DNA from: the human T2T-CHM13v2.0 reference genome, Homo sapiens
Assembly: GCF_009914755.1 (NCBI RefSeq)
Contig: NC_060928.1
Reading direction: 5' to 3' (one strand)
DNA length: 64,000 nt
Part shown: piece after piece, positions 32,142-48,465 of the stretch
Layout of the letters: the number at the start of each line of letters is the position of its first letter
Numbering within the stretch: position 1 is the first letter of the stretch
The notes under the pieces: model-generated
The model's database searches: none
What the model was told of the DNA's origin: nothing
What the model saw: only the letters and a program-made list of their open reading frames with translations
Made by a program: the position numbers and the translations under genes

Positions 32142-33597
32142 GTTTATTCTTTATTTCAATAATGCTTCAGTTCCACATACCAAAATGACGCCATTTTTTA
32201 AAGTCCATCAATCCCTTTGCTCACTATTTCTACCTAGACAGATTTTGTAGTTCGCCATTATGATCATTCCATTTTACACACATCTCATCTTCCTCTCGTC
32301 TCTCTCCAAATGTTTTACCCAACTTTTAAAGCTCCAATTCTGATTAAGTCCAGAATCCATCTACTTTGCACTCATATTTAAGCAGCTGAATGTGGCTGGA
32401 TAAAAAGACATAGTTTTGCTGTCTCCCCTTAAAGTGATTACCACAAATCTCAGCACTGCCAGACAATCCAACAACATTCTCTAGCAAATTCGGTCTGTGA
32501 AGACAATTTTCTAGGACAATTCAAATTTTCTAGGACAATTTGAATTGTCCTAGAAGACAATTCACACTTTCTTCTCAACATGGGATGTTTCCACAAACAT
32601 CCTATACCTCACCCTACTCCTCACTGTCAACCAATGGGATCACTTTTTATTTTTCAAAAAAAAGTGGAAGCAAATTGGAAGACACCTACCTTACCTTCTC
32701 ATTATCAAATTTGCCAGTTGAGTACATTCGGAACCACATAGCCTGCCTTTTCTCTTAAAAGAGCTGATGAGTTGCCTGCCTTGTTCCTAAAGTCAGCCTC
32801 TCTAATTGCATACTGATTCCCAATCCCTCTCATCCACTCTAGGGTTATCCTGCAATTATTCCTTCTCTTGCAGCATCATTTGTTTTTCTCTCTATTGGGT
32901 TATTCCTATCAGCATACAAACATATTAAAATGCCTCCCATCTTTAATAAAAATATCTTTTCCCCAGGCTCTCTTCCAATTACCTCAAATTTCTATGCTTT
33001 TTCTTGACAGTAAAAAGTTCTTAAATATTGTCTATATTTATTGTCTCTATTTCCTAATGGCACATTCTCTCTTGAATTCATTTTAATCAGGACTGCATCC
33101 CACCATTACACTTAAAGAGCTAATCCCCATGTTGTCACATCCAATGGTGAATTCTCAGTGATCAATGTACTCAGCTTCACAGCAGTATGTGAAATGGCTG
33201 ATCATTCCCCCTTCCAAGAAATAATTTTGTTCCTTGGCTTTTTGATCATCAAACTCCCCAGATCTTTCTCCTTCTCAGCCTTCATTGCTGGCTCCTCCCT
33301 TTCCAAACTCCGTATGTTAGGAACCAACTTCTCTTTATTTACACCCATTCCAGGCTGTGATGGTATGCAGTTCCAAGGTTCTAATATCACCTGTGTGCTG
33401 ATAATGCCAATGATATACTCAGCCTGAACTCTTCCCTGAGCTTCACTCTGCCACTGGACATCACCCATAGGATGGGTAACAAACATACAAAAATTAACAT
33501 GTCAAATGAAACTTGATCTCTAGCTCCAAATGGGCTCCTTTTCCAATCTGCCCCATCTCAGTAAATTGCATATTTATATTCCCTGTTGCTCACATAA

Positions 33598-34032
<435 letters not shown>

Positions 34033-34700
34033 TGATTACTGCAAAAGCTTTCAGACTGGACTTGGTGCTTTCACTCTTGCCCTCCTTTAAGCTGTTCTCC
34101 ATAGAACAGCCAGAAAGAAATAATTTAGAAATGCAAATCAGGTCGTGTCCCCTTCCAACTAAAAACTTTGTAACTGTTACACATAAAATACAATCCAAAC
34201 TTGTTATCATGGCCTGGAAGACCTCACAGTGCTGGCTCCTGTCTGTCTCCAGCTACATCTTGCAAGGCTTTCCTCAAGCTCACCCAGCTGTATCCACACT
34301 GGGCTTCTACTGTTTCTTACATAATAGACTCCTTCTCACCTTGAGGCCTTTGCCCTTGTTTCCTTAGGCCTGAAATGCTTTCCTCAGATTTTCAGCAGAT
34401 CATTCCTTCACATCTTTCAGAGTTTTGCTAAAATGTCATCTTACAGAGCACTTCCTGAAAATTTATTTAAATAGTACTCTTTCTCCTGGACTAAAATTCA
34501 ACAGTGATATGGACACATAGAACAAACTCTCATCTACTCATTCTCCTTTATTTTTCTTCATAGCTCTTTTTTTTCATTACCTTATAATATTATGAATTTA
34601 TCTATTCCTTTCCTAAAAGTGAGTGTCCCTATCTACAGGGTAGGCACCCACAGAGAGCTGCAACTTTATCTGTTTTATTCAACATTATGATCTTAGTGTT

Positions 34701-35075
34701 TGTCTTAGTTTGTGCAGCTGTAACAAAATATCTGAGACTGGATAATTCATAAAGAACAGAAATTTATTTCCTCACAGTTCTGGAGCTTGGGAAGTCCAAG
34801 ATCAAACTGCCAGCATTTGGTGTCTGGTGAGGGTCTTCTTGCTGTGTCCTCACATGGCAAAAGAAGTGAACACTGTGTTCTCACATGATGGATGCAAGAA
34901 GGGCAAAAAAAGGCTTAAGCTAGTTCCTTCTAGCCCCTTTATAGGGCACTAATCCATTCATGAGGGCAGCGCCCTCATGACTTGGTAATTTCCCAAAGGT
35001 CTCCACCTCTTAATACCACCACAGTAAGGATTAAGTTTCAACACATAATTTTTGGAAGACATTCAGATCATAGCA
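34701..35075 (-). mobile_element. MaLR solo LTR (MLT1A/MSTD-like)
   Basis: tgtcttagt...aacagaaatttatttcctcacagttctggag...cattcagatcatagca. Confidence 0.85.
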
Positions 35076-35633
35076 AAATCTGAAACAGTACCTGGCACAT
35101 AGTAGGCACACATTAAATATGTATATTAAAAGGGGAATGGATTTTACTTAATGATTGGGGAATCATGTGCTGTGTATGTCAAGTAATTTACCTTTGATCA
35201 AGGTGGTGTTTCAGGCTAGCTAGTCTGACTCCTGAATCGCATCTCTTAGACTGCTCTATTTTATTTTTTCTCCAGTGCTCTATAAATTCTACCTTGTTTG
35301 CTTTTATTGCCTGTGGTGATCTGGAGGGAAGAAATCCTGTTTTAACTTCTACCCATCATTGTTGTTAGATCAGTCAACTGTATATATGAATGATATACCT
35401 AATAATTAAATTCAAGAACAAAGCAATAACTCCTGATTCCCACCTATGCATGGGAGGATGAGAAATATGTACTCTTTACTCCACTCTCATCCCCTGCCTG
35501 CCAGCTAATACTTGTTAATTTAATCTGCATACTGCTATTCGCCTTTCTGTCATATAAATATTTTAAACTAGATAAATATTCTTTTCCAGGAATAGCAGCT
35601 TGCATTTGTATTTAATTTTCATGATCACATATA

Positions 35634-35923
35634 TTTTTTTGAGATGGAATTTTGCTCGTCACCCATGCTGGAGTGCGGTGGTGCAATTTCAGCTCACTGC
35701 AACCTCTGCTTCCTGGGTTCAAGCGATTCTCTTGCCTCAGCCTCCTGAGTAGCTGGGATTACAGGCGCCTGTCTCCACACCCAGCTAATTTTTGTATTTT
35801 TTTAGTAGAGACGGGGTTTCACCATGTTGGCCAGGCTGGTTTCGAACTGCTGACCTCAGGTGATCTGCTTGCCTCGGCCTCCCAAAGTGCTGGGATTATA
35901 GGCATGAGCCATTGTGCCCAGCC
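35634..35923 (-). mobile_element. Alu (AluS-like)
   Basis: Dimeric Alu with atga(t/c)cacat flanks. Confidence 0.95.
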
Positions 35924-37534
35924 TATGACCACATTTTTAAAGTGGCTTTATTCTTATTGCCAGTACTTTTTATATTATGCTACTTGAGTTATTTATCCAA
36001 AAGTTATCTGGAATATGTCTTCAAGTAATTCTCTTAGGAAGGGAACACCAATATAAGTCCATGCATATCTATAATACATATATATTTTTTACATTGGTAC
36101 ATGAATAATTACCTGGTCACAGTCTTTTCTCCACAACACCTATTCAATACTCTTTTTTGGTATGTAATGTTTTGGAAAAGATTATGGACAGCCTCATATT
36201 CGTTCCTTTTATACATTCCTTCTGGCTTCCCTCCCTGTATGGCTCATTATATTAAAAACATTAAAATTCTGACAAGGAATGTCCAGGTAGCATCTTTTTA
36301 TTTTTTCTTGTTAACTTTGTCTAGTACTTGGTAACTCCTTTTCCTCTATAATCTCTTCTTCCTTCAACTCAGGAGAGTTGTTTTCCATATCTTTGGTTCA
36401 TGATTGTGATCATAATGCTCTGTTTTCTTCCTCTGGAAGCTTGAATATCCTCATCTGGACTCTAGTTTATTTTACTTTTCATCATATTGTCTGCTCCCTG
36501 TGCATTCTGGGAGAGTTATTCTACATAATTTAGTATGCCTTTCTTATGAAAAATAACATAACATTTTATTGTCTTCTCAGTAGATTACAAGTTCTTTGAG
36601 AGTAAAAACCATGACTTTCATTTCCACTTACTTGCTTCCAGCATATTCCTGGAAAATAGTGGCTACTCAAAATAGCCATTTGGTTTCCTTAGATGGATAA
36701 AATATATGTGATGGAGGCATATCAACTTACTACAAAAACTATGGCATAGTACTGAAGAGGTGGAATTTGGAGGCTATCTTGAGGAGTATATATGTATTAA
36801 ACATTCTGCAGGCAAGAGCCCAGAATTTAATACATACAGAAAAGAATGAACAACTATAAGTTACATACATGAAAAAAAGAACATAAATTTAGCAAATTTG
36901 GAATCTGATTTAATTTATATAAACTGAATTTTAGGAATGTATTATTATAAAACTGTAAATATTGCAGAGTTCAAACAGTACACTGAAGAACAGAGTATCT
37001 AGTAAATATTATAAAACACGACTTTATTGTTTTAGAAGTTTGATAGTAAATTTTCAAATCAACATTATAAAATTTCAAATTTTAGGCTTCTGACCTAACC
37101 TAATACAGTATTCAGAAGCTTTTGGGATTATTTTCTCCACTGTGCATAATAAAAACTTCTTAAAAGAGGAAAGTGTCAAATTATATTGCAAGTTAAAAGC
37201 AACAGAAAACATTTCTCATGCCACTGAAATAATTTTGAAACAAAATGTGACACAGTTCACCTGCAGTTCTCACTGGCTATGGTAACTATTGTCAGCAACA
37301 AACATATTTAGCTCCTAGCAAATTGGCTGGATAAAGGATGTAATGCCTGATGCTTGAAGTATAGTTGGCTTTACTCTACTTCCAGCAGTCTGAGTGCTTC
37401 TTACACAGGCCTTTCTAGTGAATTAAGTCTCCTTCTGCATCCTCAACCTGGATCATGGTACCTCAGGAAGGACAGAGTAGTTATCAGTCACAAAAAGGCA
37501 ACTTCTAATAAGGAAGTTGCATGACACTGTAATA

Positions 37535-37896
37535 CAATGGTCCCCAACCTTTCTGGCACCAGGGACCAGTTTCGTGGAAGACAATGTTTCCAAGAATGGG
37601 GGAAGGGGTGTAGGGGTGGCAGGGTGGGGGGAGATGGTTTCGGGATGAAACTATTCCACTTCAGATCATCAGGCATTAGTTAGATTCTCGTAAGGAGCCT
37701 GCAACCTTGATCCCTCACATGCAAAGTTCACAAGAGGGTTTGCACTCCTATGAGAATCTAATGCCCCTGATGACCTGACAGGAGGTGGAGCTCAGGTGGA
37801 AATGCTCACTCACCCTCCGCTCACCTTCTGCTGTGTGACCTGGTTCCTAACAGGCCATAGATGGTTGGTCTGCAGCCTGAGGGTTGGGGACCCTTG
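37535..37896 (+). mobile_element. MER1B (hAT-Charlie MITE)
   Basis: TIRs caatggtccccaacc / ggttggggacccttg; 8-bp TSD ctgtaata/ctgtaaca. Confidence 0.9.
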
Positions 37897-38589
37897 CTGT
37901 AACAGATGCAATGGGAATATACAAATGAAATTGAATATGACTTTCCTTTTTACAGACTAAAATCTGTTTGGGGAGGGAAAAATTTAATTGAAACGAAAGT
38001 AATAGAATCAAATTTGTAGCAGACTGTACATATTTATGTTTTAATTAATTCTTTAATAAAAAAACACACAGAAATTAAGGTAGTCAAGAAAGATAGCAGA
38101 GTGATTGAACTATAAAGAAAATAAGATCTCTTCCAGGTTTTAAATAATCACAATATTAGAGAATCTATATAGTCTTGCCAGGTCCTATGGTACAATGCAT
38201 TATATAAGTATATTGTAACGAATTACAAAGATACATCAGAGAGAATTCCAATCTTCTTAGAGTACAGTCTGGTAAGAAAAAAGGCAGACATACAAATGGA
38301 TATAATGAAAGATATAAAATAGGATCGCAGGGGAGGTGAAAATAGAAGTCATGGAAACTTCGGAGTGGAAAGCTTACTTCTGGCTGTGGGAAATTGGGAA
38401 AGCTTCAAGAAGAAAGTTAAGTATGAATTAGGGCTTAAAGGGGATTTAGAAACGCAGTTGTAAATATCAGAGTACTCCAAGCAGAGAGAGAAAAAAAAAA
38501 GAGTATGATTAGAGGCAGTGAGGTAGGAGAGCATAAATGCAAAGAGCAAGCAGTTAAAGGATGCGTGAAAGTGAATAGGGCAAAACCTG

Positions 38590-39780
<1,191 letters not shown>

Positions 39781-40127
39781 AAACAAAGCAAAAAAGTTAT
39801 GTGGGATCTTGAATGACAAGATATAGAAGTTGGGCTTTATTCAGAAGACAAGTGGAAGAATGCTAAGGTTTTTGAGGTAGAAAGATGCAACAGACATACT
39901 GCTTGACCTAAAAGAGTTTATAATTCACAGATAACCCAAACAGATAATCCACATTCTTAAAAGGAGAAGCTCAATACAAAGCACCATTTCATTAGTAGCA
40001 AATGACTGACATAGAACAATTGATGCTGCAGGAATGTGGCTAAGAAAGTGGGCAGGGATAGTTTGAAGGAAGTTAGAACTGCAAGACTATAGGACATACA
40101 CAAGTGGAGAAGTCAGGGAGGAAACTG

Positions 40128-40254
40128 CCTCTCTTTTATTTTCCTTTTCTTTCCTCTTCTCCCCTCTCCCTTCCCTTCCCCTCCCCTCCCCTTCCCTTTC
40201 CTTTTCTTTTTTTCCTTTCGTTTCCTTTCCCTTCTCCTTTCCTTCTTTCTTTCT

Positions 40255-40262
<8 letters not shown>
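40128..40262. repeat. Polypyrimidine low-complexity tract (expanded Alu-monomer tail)
   Basis: About 130 bp almost entirely C/T. Confidence 0.85.
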
Positions 40263-40683
<421 letters not shown>

Positions 40684-41002
40684 TAGAAATATCTTGAATA
40701 GGGGAAATATTGTTGGTAAAAGTACAAAGGCAAGACATGTCTGTAATGAGCTCAGTGTACAGGGAATAGATTAGTCCAAAACTAATAGTATATACAAATG
40801 AACTTCAATGAATTTGTTATCAATATTTGGTTTTTCATAAAAACATGGTCTTTAAAGTAGAAATGCTTGCCTCAGAGGTCACAAAATGACAGTCATTCAT
40901 AGAATATAAGTAAGCCCATAAAATAATGAATTAAATACACCCATAAAATCATGCCTATAAAATTATGAAATTGTTTTCTATTTTGACAAATTTGAATATT
41001 AA

Positions 41003-41269
<267 letters not shown>

Positions 41270-42860
41270 AAAGAAAGTTGTATGTGCCACATAAAACTCT
41301 GAATATAAAAGTTGCTGTTCTACTATTTTAACTACTGGCAAAGCCACTTGCATTTTTCATTAGTAGCAACAATAGCAATTTAGTGATTTTCCTTTTCTGA
41401 CATTCAATTTCAATCTCAGATCAAATACTAATAAACAATTAGAAATCTTACTTTAAAAAACTTATAACTCACTTGTCTTCATTCATAATTTTGTTTTCAC
41501 CTGGTTTAAAGAATCCAGATATTTTACTGCAAAAGTTCAGATGGAAAAGTAATTGACAGTTTCACCTTTGTCTCATTTTATATGATTTATTACAGTGTAA
41601 GTTTTTCAAGTGGAATCTAGAATCAAAATACAGGGAGAGATATGAAGACCTATTCAGAGTTTCATCTGGGGATGAAAGCTATGGAAGATGATGTACAAAT
41701 GTTATTGATGGAGAAAATGGTTGGGTGTGTCCTTTCTGGTGACCATGAGAAAATAATATGTCTTGATGAAGTCTTTTCATTAGTCACTCTTAGAATTCTA
41801 AAGTGCTTTGCACTTTTCAATATGTTTTGAATCATTAGGTAATTTATTCTGGATGATATTCTCCAAAATTCAATTCAGTTATTATATTCATTTAGCATTA
41901 AGTCAAGGAGACTGAGAATGACTCAAGGGACGTCATAGTACCATAGTTTTAAGGACCAAGGTGTGCCCAGAATTCAAGTTTCACAAATCCCAATGCTGTG
42001 CATTGATTATGTTCAACTTTATGTGTGCATTCTTAGAAGAGTAAGAACAAATAAAGTACACCGTAATATACATATAAATACATTCATGTTTGTGAGAGAA
42101 GGAAAGAGTAAGTAATTTGAATTGGCAGCTTTCTTTGCTAAATCTTTAAATTCTGTTAAGATCCTCAAGTAACTGGGGAGTACATGCTTTAGGACACAAA
42201 CAAAAACAAAGGGCATGAAAGTATCTGAAAGCAATGTAGCACATATCTATCGTAATATATGTAATATATTGACATAAAAGACACAAACTAATATAAAGTT
42301 ATAGTTATATCTTAAAATATAATTGAAGAAGCATATGACATATAACTTATAGAAATCAGTATCAATTCCTCCCATTTCAATTCAGTTAAGACTTCTGTGA
42401 TAGATGTTTATAGCAGAGAAGAAATGTCTCATCAATAGAAAACTATCAGATAAAGTTTAGGAGATAGGAAGAAGGACTGTGTGTAGTAATGAAAATACCA
42501 AGTTGCAACATTACATGTTTACAAAAAAAAATCTGTGTTTGTAGTGTGGAAGTTGGTGACTGTTTTAATCATCATCTAGACTTGTTAAGTAGAAAAATTT
42601 TAAAAATTTGCTTATGAAAATATAACCCCCAGAAAGTAACAATGACAAAGTATTATATTTATATATATTATTGTAGAGAATTTGTATATTTTTAAAGATG
42701 TCTTAAGATATCTTAATTTTATTTATAAGTTTTGGTGTTTACCTGTTTTAAAATGATAATGTTGGCATCTGTGATAAACTATCAATGAGGCTCCCATCAT
42801 GCCATTTTTTGTTCATTTTAATCTTTAAAAAATAAAAATTAGGCATATTAATTATGCATT
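41270..42860 (+). other. MYOZ2: MYOZ2 3'UTR (3' end approximate)
   Basis: No recognisable repeats; AU-rich sequence after the stop; AATAAA at 41430, 42050 and 42831, the last followed by U/GU-rich sequence. Confidence 0.75.
42831..42836 (+). terminator. Likely distal polyadenylation signal of MYOZ2
   Basis: AATAAA at the end of the unique UTR segment with downstream T-rich sequence; the first Alu follows about 250 bp later. Confidence 0.65.
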
Positions 42861-43081
42861 TTGATGAAATGGTTTAATTCTTTATTAACATCATGAAATG
42901 AGTCATTATTTTTAATGAAAATGAAATCTTTTTGCATTATTTCAACCATTTCCAAATATAAACTATATGATCACTGTCCCTATTCTGCCAACCACTGAAA
43001 GTAGAGGCCAGCAATTAAGTATGTTAGCTACAGAACAGTACTCCCCAGTATCATAAAAGATAATTTAAAAAGGAAAATCCT

Positions 43082-43382
<301 letters not shown>

Positions 43383-45532
43383 CTAAGTGATACTTATTTT
43401 TTTAAAAAGATTAGGTAGAAAAAGAAAAAATAACCCTCTGTTCACTATTTTATTTCTTTCTTTCTGGGAAGTGTCTATTAATTCTAGCTCAGCTGACACC
43501 TTTAGAAAGGCCAGCATTTCACTCTGGTTGTTACATAATTCAGAATTCAAAAGGAATTTTGAATGGGTTTTCCATTAACCTGAAAAACAGCTAAATCTTT
43601 CAAAGTCAAAAGAAATATGATAGTCTCTTTAGAACAACAGAAAGACCGTGACATTTTTTCCACCTGCTTTTGTATAAATAAGATATGGAAAAAAGGAGAA
43701 AAAATATTTTTTAAAAAGGTAAAAGAATAAAAATTTGTTGCTGGAGTACTAAATGTCAGACACTGTAGTCATTTCCTTATAAAGGCAATTTAATATATTT
43801 AATATTGCATTTTCATAATTATTCTGTAAGGATGGCATTACAAATAATCTCAATTTTATATTGAAAAGACTGAGCCTCAGAGAACTAACGTGACTTGAAA
43901 TAAGCTTAGCTCATAATTAGAAGAACTTGGTGAGTCTGGCTCTAAAGTACATGCTCTAAGAACACATGGTTCATAACTTTTCCTAAGAATAGAGTTCAGC
44001 CTTAAAGTATTTAGACAAAATAATAAAAATTCTCTGTTATTTTAATTTTGAGCAAATACATCTATTCACTGAGTAATTTTAGAGTCACTATCCAAAGTTA
44101 TACAGGCATTCATAAAGAAACTGAACTTTCAGACTGTGTTGAAAGCAAACTAAATAAAACAGCAGTATGCAGATTTAACTTTGAAATTGGAGAAACACAA
44201 AAGTGCACTCTGATTAAACCTGCTCATTTCTGCTCAGTATTGTACACCTGTTTGATCTATGTAATCTTCCTTTTCTAAGGAGAAAGAGTGGGAAAGCAGG
44301 AGAAAGAGAGTTAAGAAATGCATGACATAAGGCTGAAAGAAATCATCTAGTTAATAACATACCAAAACCACTCCTTCAAAAGAAAACATTTTCTACTTTT
44401 TAAAACATTAGAGGAAATTCTCTCAGATTTCATTATACTGTTCGATAGACTTCTGGGTCATGAAATTATATCTTCTATTTTAAGCCAATTTCTTCTAATA
44501 TCATTGGCAGGACTGATGATCAACTTGCCAACTGCCCCCTGGATGATAACTACAGCTACATTAATAACCAAAGCTATGGTTAGAAAGACTGTCTTTGGCT
44601 TTTAACTCTCCACTTCCTTTCATCATTTCTCAAACGTTTTATTTTTCATCTCGTAACTCAATATTTAAGAGGACTTGACAATTAAAAATAACTAATTATT
44701 GGTTATTACAAAATCAAGCCAAATATAGACAAAATTTTTAGTCAAAATGATCATTTATTGCATCTACTTTAAATTTTACATCCTATAAATAGACCCATTT
44801 ATAAATATTTTAGCAGCTTGGAAGTGGAGGGAGCCAATTAATCTTGCAAAGGCTAATATGGAGCAAAATGTCCAGTCGTGAGTATGAAAAGAACACCCTG
44901 AACTTTTCAACTAAGGGCACAGCTGTACCAGCAGGCTTATTAATTCTGGAATTTCTTCACTCTGCTGCTTATGCAAGATAAAACTTACATGACATAATTG
45001 CAGTTTTTCAGCCACAACTGTCTTTTATTAAGCTTAGAAAAGTATTACTTTGTCCCTTTTCTTATGAAAAATAATTTTGCCCTCCACACTCTATTCTGTA
45101 GGAAGAAGGGCCATTCACTTTCTATGAAAGGCAGAAAAGTGCCATGCTTTTACCAAAAGACAAGCAAAGGGAATCCATTTCAAACTAACTGATCAAAGCA
45201 CACTGCAAATATATAAAATAATTTTTTAAAAATTATAATGCCTTTTACAAGTTAAACTTTCCAGAACTAACAAAAAAGGAAGTAAAAGTGTATAAGAATT
45301 TTAACAGCTTAAACTAAAATGTTATTAAATAAAAGTAGGGGTTCTTATTTGAATTTCTTAAATGGAGGAGCTAGATTGCAACCCTGGATATAAATTTACC
45401 CTGACTTCTCAATGTAATGTGATTTCAGTGGGAAGATTTGGTACATAAGGGCAAAGAGAGAAAAAAAGCTATTTGAAAGAGCTTATAGTTCAGATCAAAA
45501 TAAGAATGTGCTTGCCATTTTGTATTATGTAA

Positions 45533-45817
45533 TTTTTTTTTAAGAGACAGTTTCTTATTCTGTCACTCAGGCTGGAATGGAGTGCACTGGCCCAGTTATA
45601 GCTTACCACTGCAGGCTCAAACTCCTAGGCTCAAGTGACCCTTTTGCCTCAGCCTCTTGAGTAGTTGGGACTATAGGCATGCACTACCACACTTGGCTAA
45701 TTTAAAAATTTTTTTTAAAGGTAGGGTCTTGCTATGTTGCACAGCCTGGTCAAGTGATCCTCCCACCTAGGCTTCCCAAAGCGTTGGGATTACGGGCATG
45801 CACCACCAAGCCCAGCC
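45533..45817 (-). mobile_element. Alu (AluJ-like)
   Basis: Diverged dimeric Alu. Confidence 0.88.
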
Positions 45818-46455
45818 TGCATTGTGTGATATTTTGAAAAACATTTTAATGACAACTCAGGGCAGTGGAGATGTTTCAGGAAACAGGACTGGAAAGTTAG
45901 AAGGAAAAAAATATAAAGTAAATGTCATTCCCTATTTTGAAATTGCTCATTAAAGAAGCTGCATCACTAACAAAATAAATATAAAAGAAGGGGTGTGGAT
46001 AGGGGGGAAAGGAAGGCCAGAGTGAAGTAGGCTGGAAGGAAATACAATTCAGGCTGTACAAAAGCTAACTGCGTTATTTTATGGTTTCTGAAGCCTTTTA
46101 TTCACTTCTTTTAAAGTAATTTTGGTCTACATAGACACAATTGTTTGATGTGGATTGTTATCTAAATAGATACTCTCATTACATTTATCATCACTCACAA
46201 ATAATATATTAAAGCAATTTTATTTAAAGAGTCTAGCTTCACAGTAACAAATTTACATGCTGATTTACCACAAATCAATGAATAATCTCAAGCAATTTAC
46301 TTCACTCTGTAAATCACAGTTTTCTCCAACTACTTATATGGCTCAAACATCACCTCCTCCTAAGACCTTTCCTGACCACCCTTATTTAAAAGAGCACACT
46401 TCTAATACCTTATTGGGCTTTTATTTTTCTTTACAGCACTTATTACTCCCTAATG

Positions 46456-46930
46456 TGTGTTAGTTCAGATCCTCTGAGAAGCAGATGTCAAGATGGGATT
46501 AAACATGCAAGAATTTTATTAGGAGAAATGCATGTGTGAAAGAAAATGGGGAGGGAATCAAGAATGTCTTGGAGATATATATATCCACTATGTACCCACA
46601 ACAATTAAAAATTAAAAAAAAAGAAAGCCTGGGAGAGCCAGCAGGCCTAAAATGGAAATGCGTACAAGTGTTCTAGGCTGTCATGCAATTTCAGGAAGAT
46701 TCAGCAAGGCTGTTGGGAGATCCTGAGCCAGTCAGCCATCCTCAGAGGGGTCCTGTGTTTCCTAGAAACAGCCTACCTTAGTGGCACTGTCACAGTCATT
46801 AGCTATGAGTGGCCTGTGCAGGCAGCCTCTGCACCAATGCATCGTGGAGTTCAGAATACAGCAGAACTGGGGCCCCTGGCCAATTATGTTGCTGGTGTTC
46901 TACAAGGAGCATTCCAATGACCGCCACACA
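46456..46930 (-). mobile_element. Old ERVL-class LTR (LTR16/LTR33-like)
   Basis: tgtgttagttcagatcctctgagaagcagatg...tgcaagaattttattagg pattern. Subfamily uncertain. Confidence 0.55.
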
Positions 46931-47009
46931 TATTTTTATATGTATTTATTTCTTTATTGTTTAATTCTTTCACCAGAATGAATGCTCTCTGAGGGCAAGG
47001 ATTTGCCTT

Positions 47010-47385
47010 ATTTATTTATTTAATTGACAAATATAAAATTGTATGTTAATCATGTATAACATGATGCTTTGAAATATGTATACATTGTGGGAATAGTTCA
47101 ATTGAGCTATTTCAACAATTAACATAGGCATTACCTTATATACTGATCATTTTTTGTGGTGAGAACACTGAAAATCTCCATGATTTTCAAAATACAATGT
47201 TATTATTAACTATAGTCATCATGTTGTACACTAGATTTTCTGAACTTCCTCCTTTGTAACTGAAATTTTGAATCCTTTGATCAATATCTTCCCAACCACT
47301 GCCCACTTCCCAGAACTACCATTCTACTCTCTACTTCTGTGAGTTCAACTTTTTTAGATTTTGCATATAAGCGAGATCACTTGTA
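47010..47385 (-). mobile_element. L1MA 3' end
   Basis: ttttgtggtgagaacactgaaaatct...accattctactctctacttctgtgagttcaac. Confidence 0.85.
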
Positions 47386-47395
47386 TTAACTGCTA

Positions 47396-47739
<344 letters not shown>

Positions 47740-47968
47740 CTATTTGTGAAATAAACATATCTGAATTATGGCAATAACATAAGCTTCTATATTTAAAATA
47801 ATGCATTATAAAACACATTACCCAATACTTGGTTAAGTGTTCAATAAATGGAAGGTATTTTTATTTAAAAAAATGAAAAATTATTCAGATCACACAGTAA
47901 AAAAGCAATGGTATTCAGAACTAAGTTAGATTAGAGATGACACTGGAATTACTTTGGGATAAATATAC

Positions 47969-48308
47969 CAATATGATTTGGCTCTATGTTCCCACCCAAA
48001 TCAAGGGAGGGACGTGGTGGGAGGTAATTGGATCAAAGGGATGATTTATCCCATGCTGTTCTCATGATAGTCAGGGAGTTCTCACAAAATCTGATGGTTT
48101 AAACGTGTTTCCCAGTTCCCACTTTGCTCTCTCTCTCTCCTCCCACTTTGTGAACAAGGTACTTGCTTCCCCTTTGCCTTCTGCCATGATTGTAAGTTTC
48201 CTGAGGCCTCCCCAGCCATGCAGAACTGTGAGTCAATTAACTCTCCTTTCTTTATAAATTACCCAGTCTCAGGTAGTATCTTTATAGCAGCGTGAACGAA
48301 CTAATTCA
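47969..48308 (+). mobile_element. THE1 (MaLR) solo LTR, THE1D-like
   Basis: ccatgattgtaagtttcctgaggcctccccagccatg...; 5-bp TSD TATAC at 47964-68 and 48309-13. Confidence 0.9.
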
Positions 48309-48465
48309 TATACCTAGCCTGGATTTGGAATATATGTTGGAACAATGATTATATTAAACATACACAGAGAATCAGAAACACGAAAGTAGCCTAATTTTTA
48401 GGATAAACATTAGCATTAGCTCCATTCTCCAGACTCAAAATTGTCATTAAGATAGCCTATTTACA

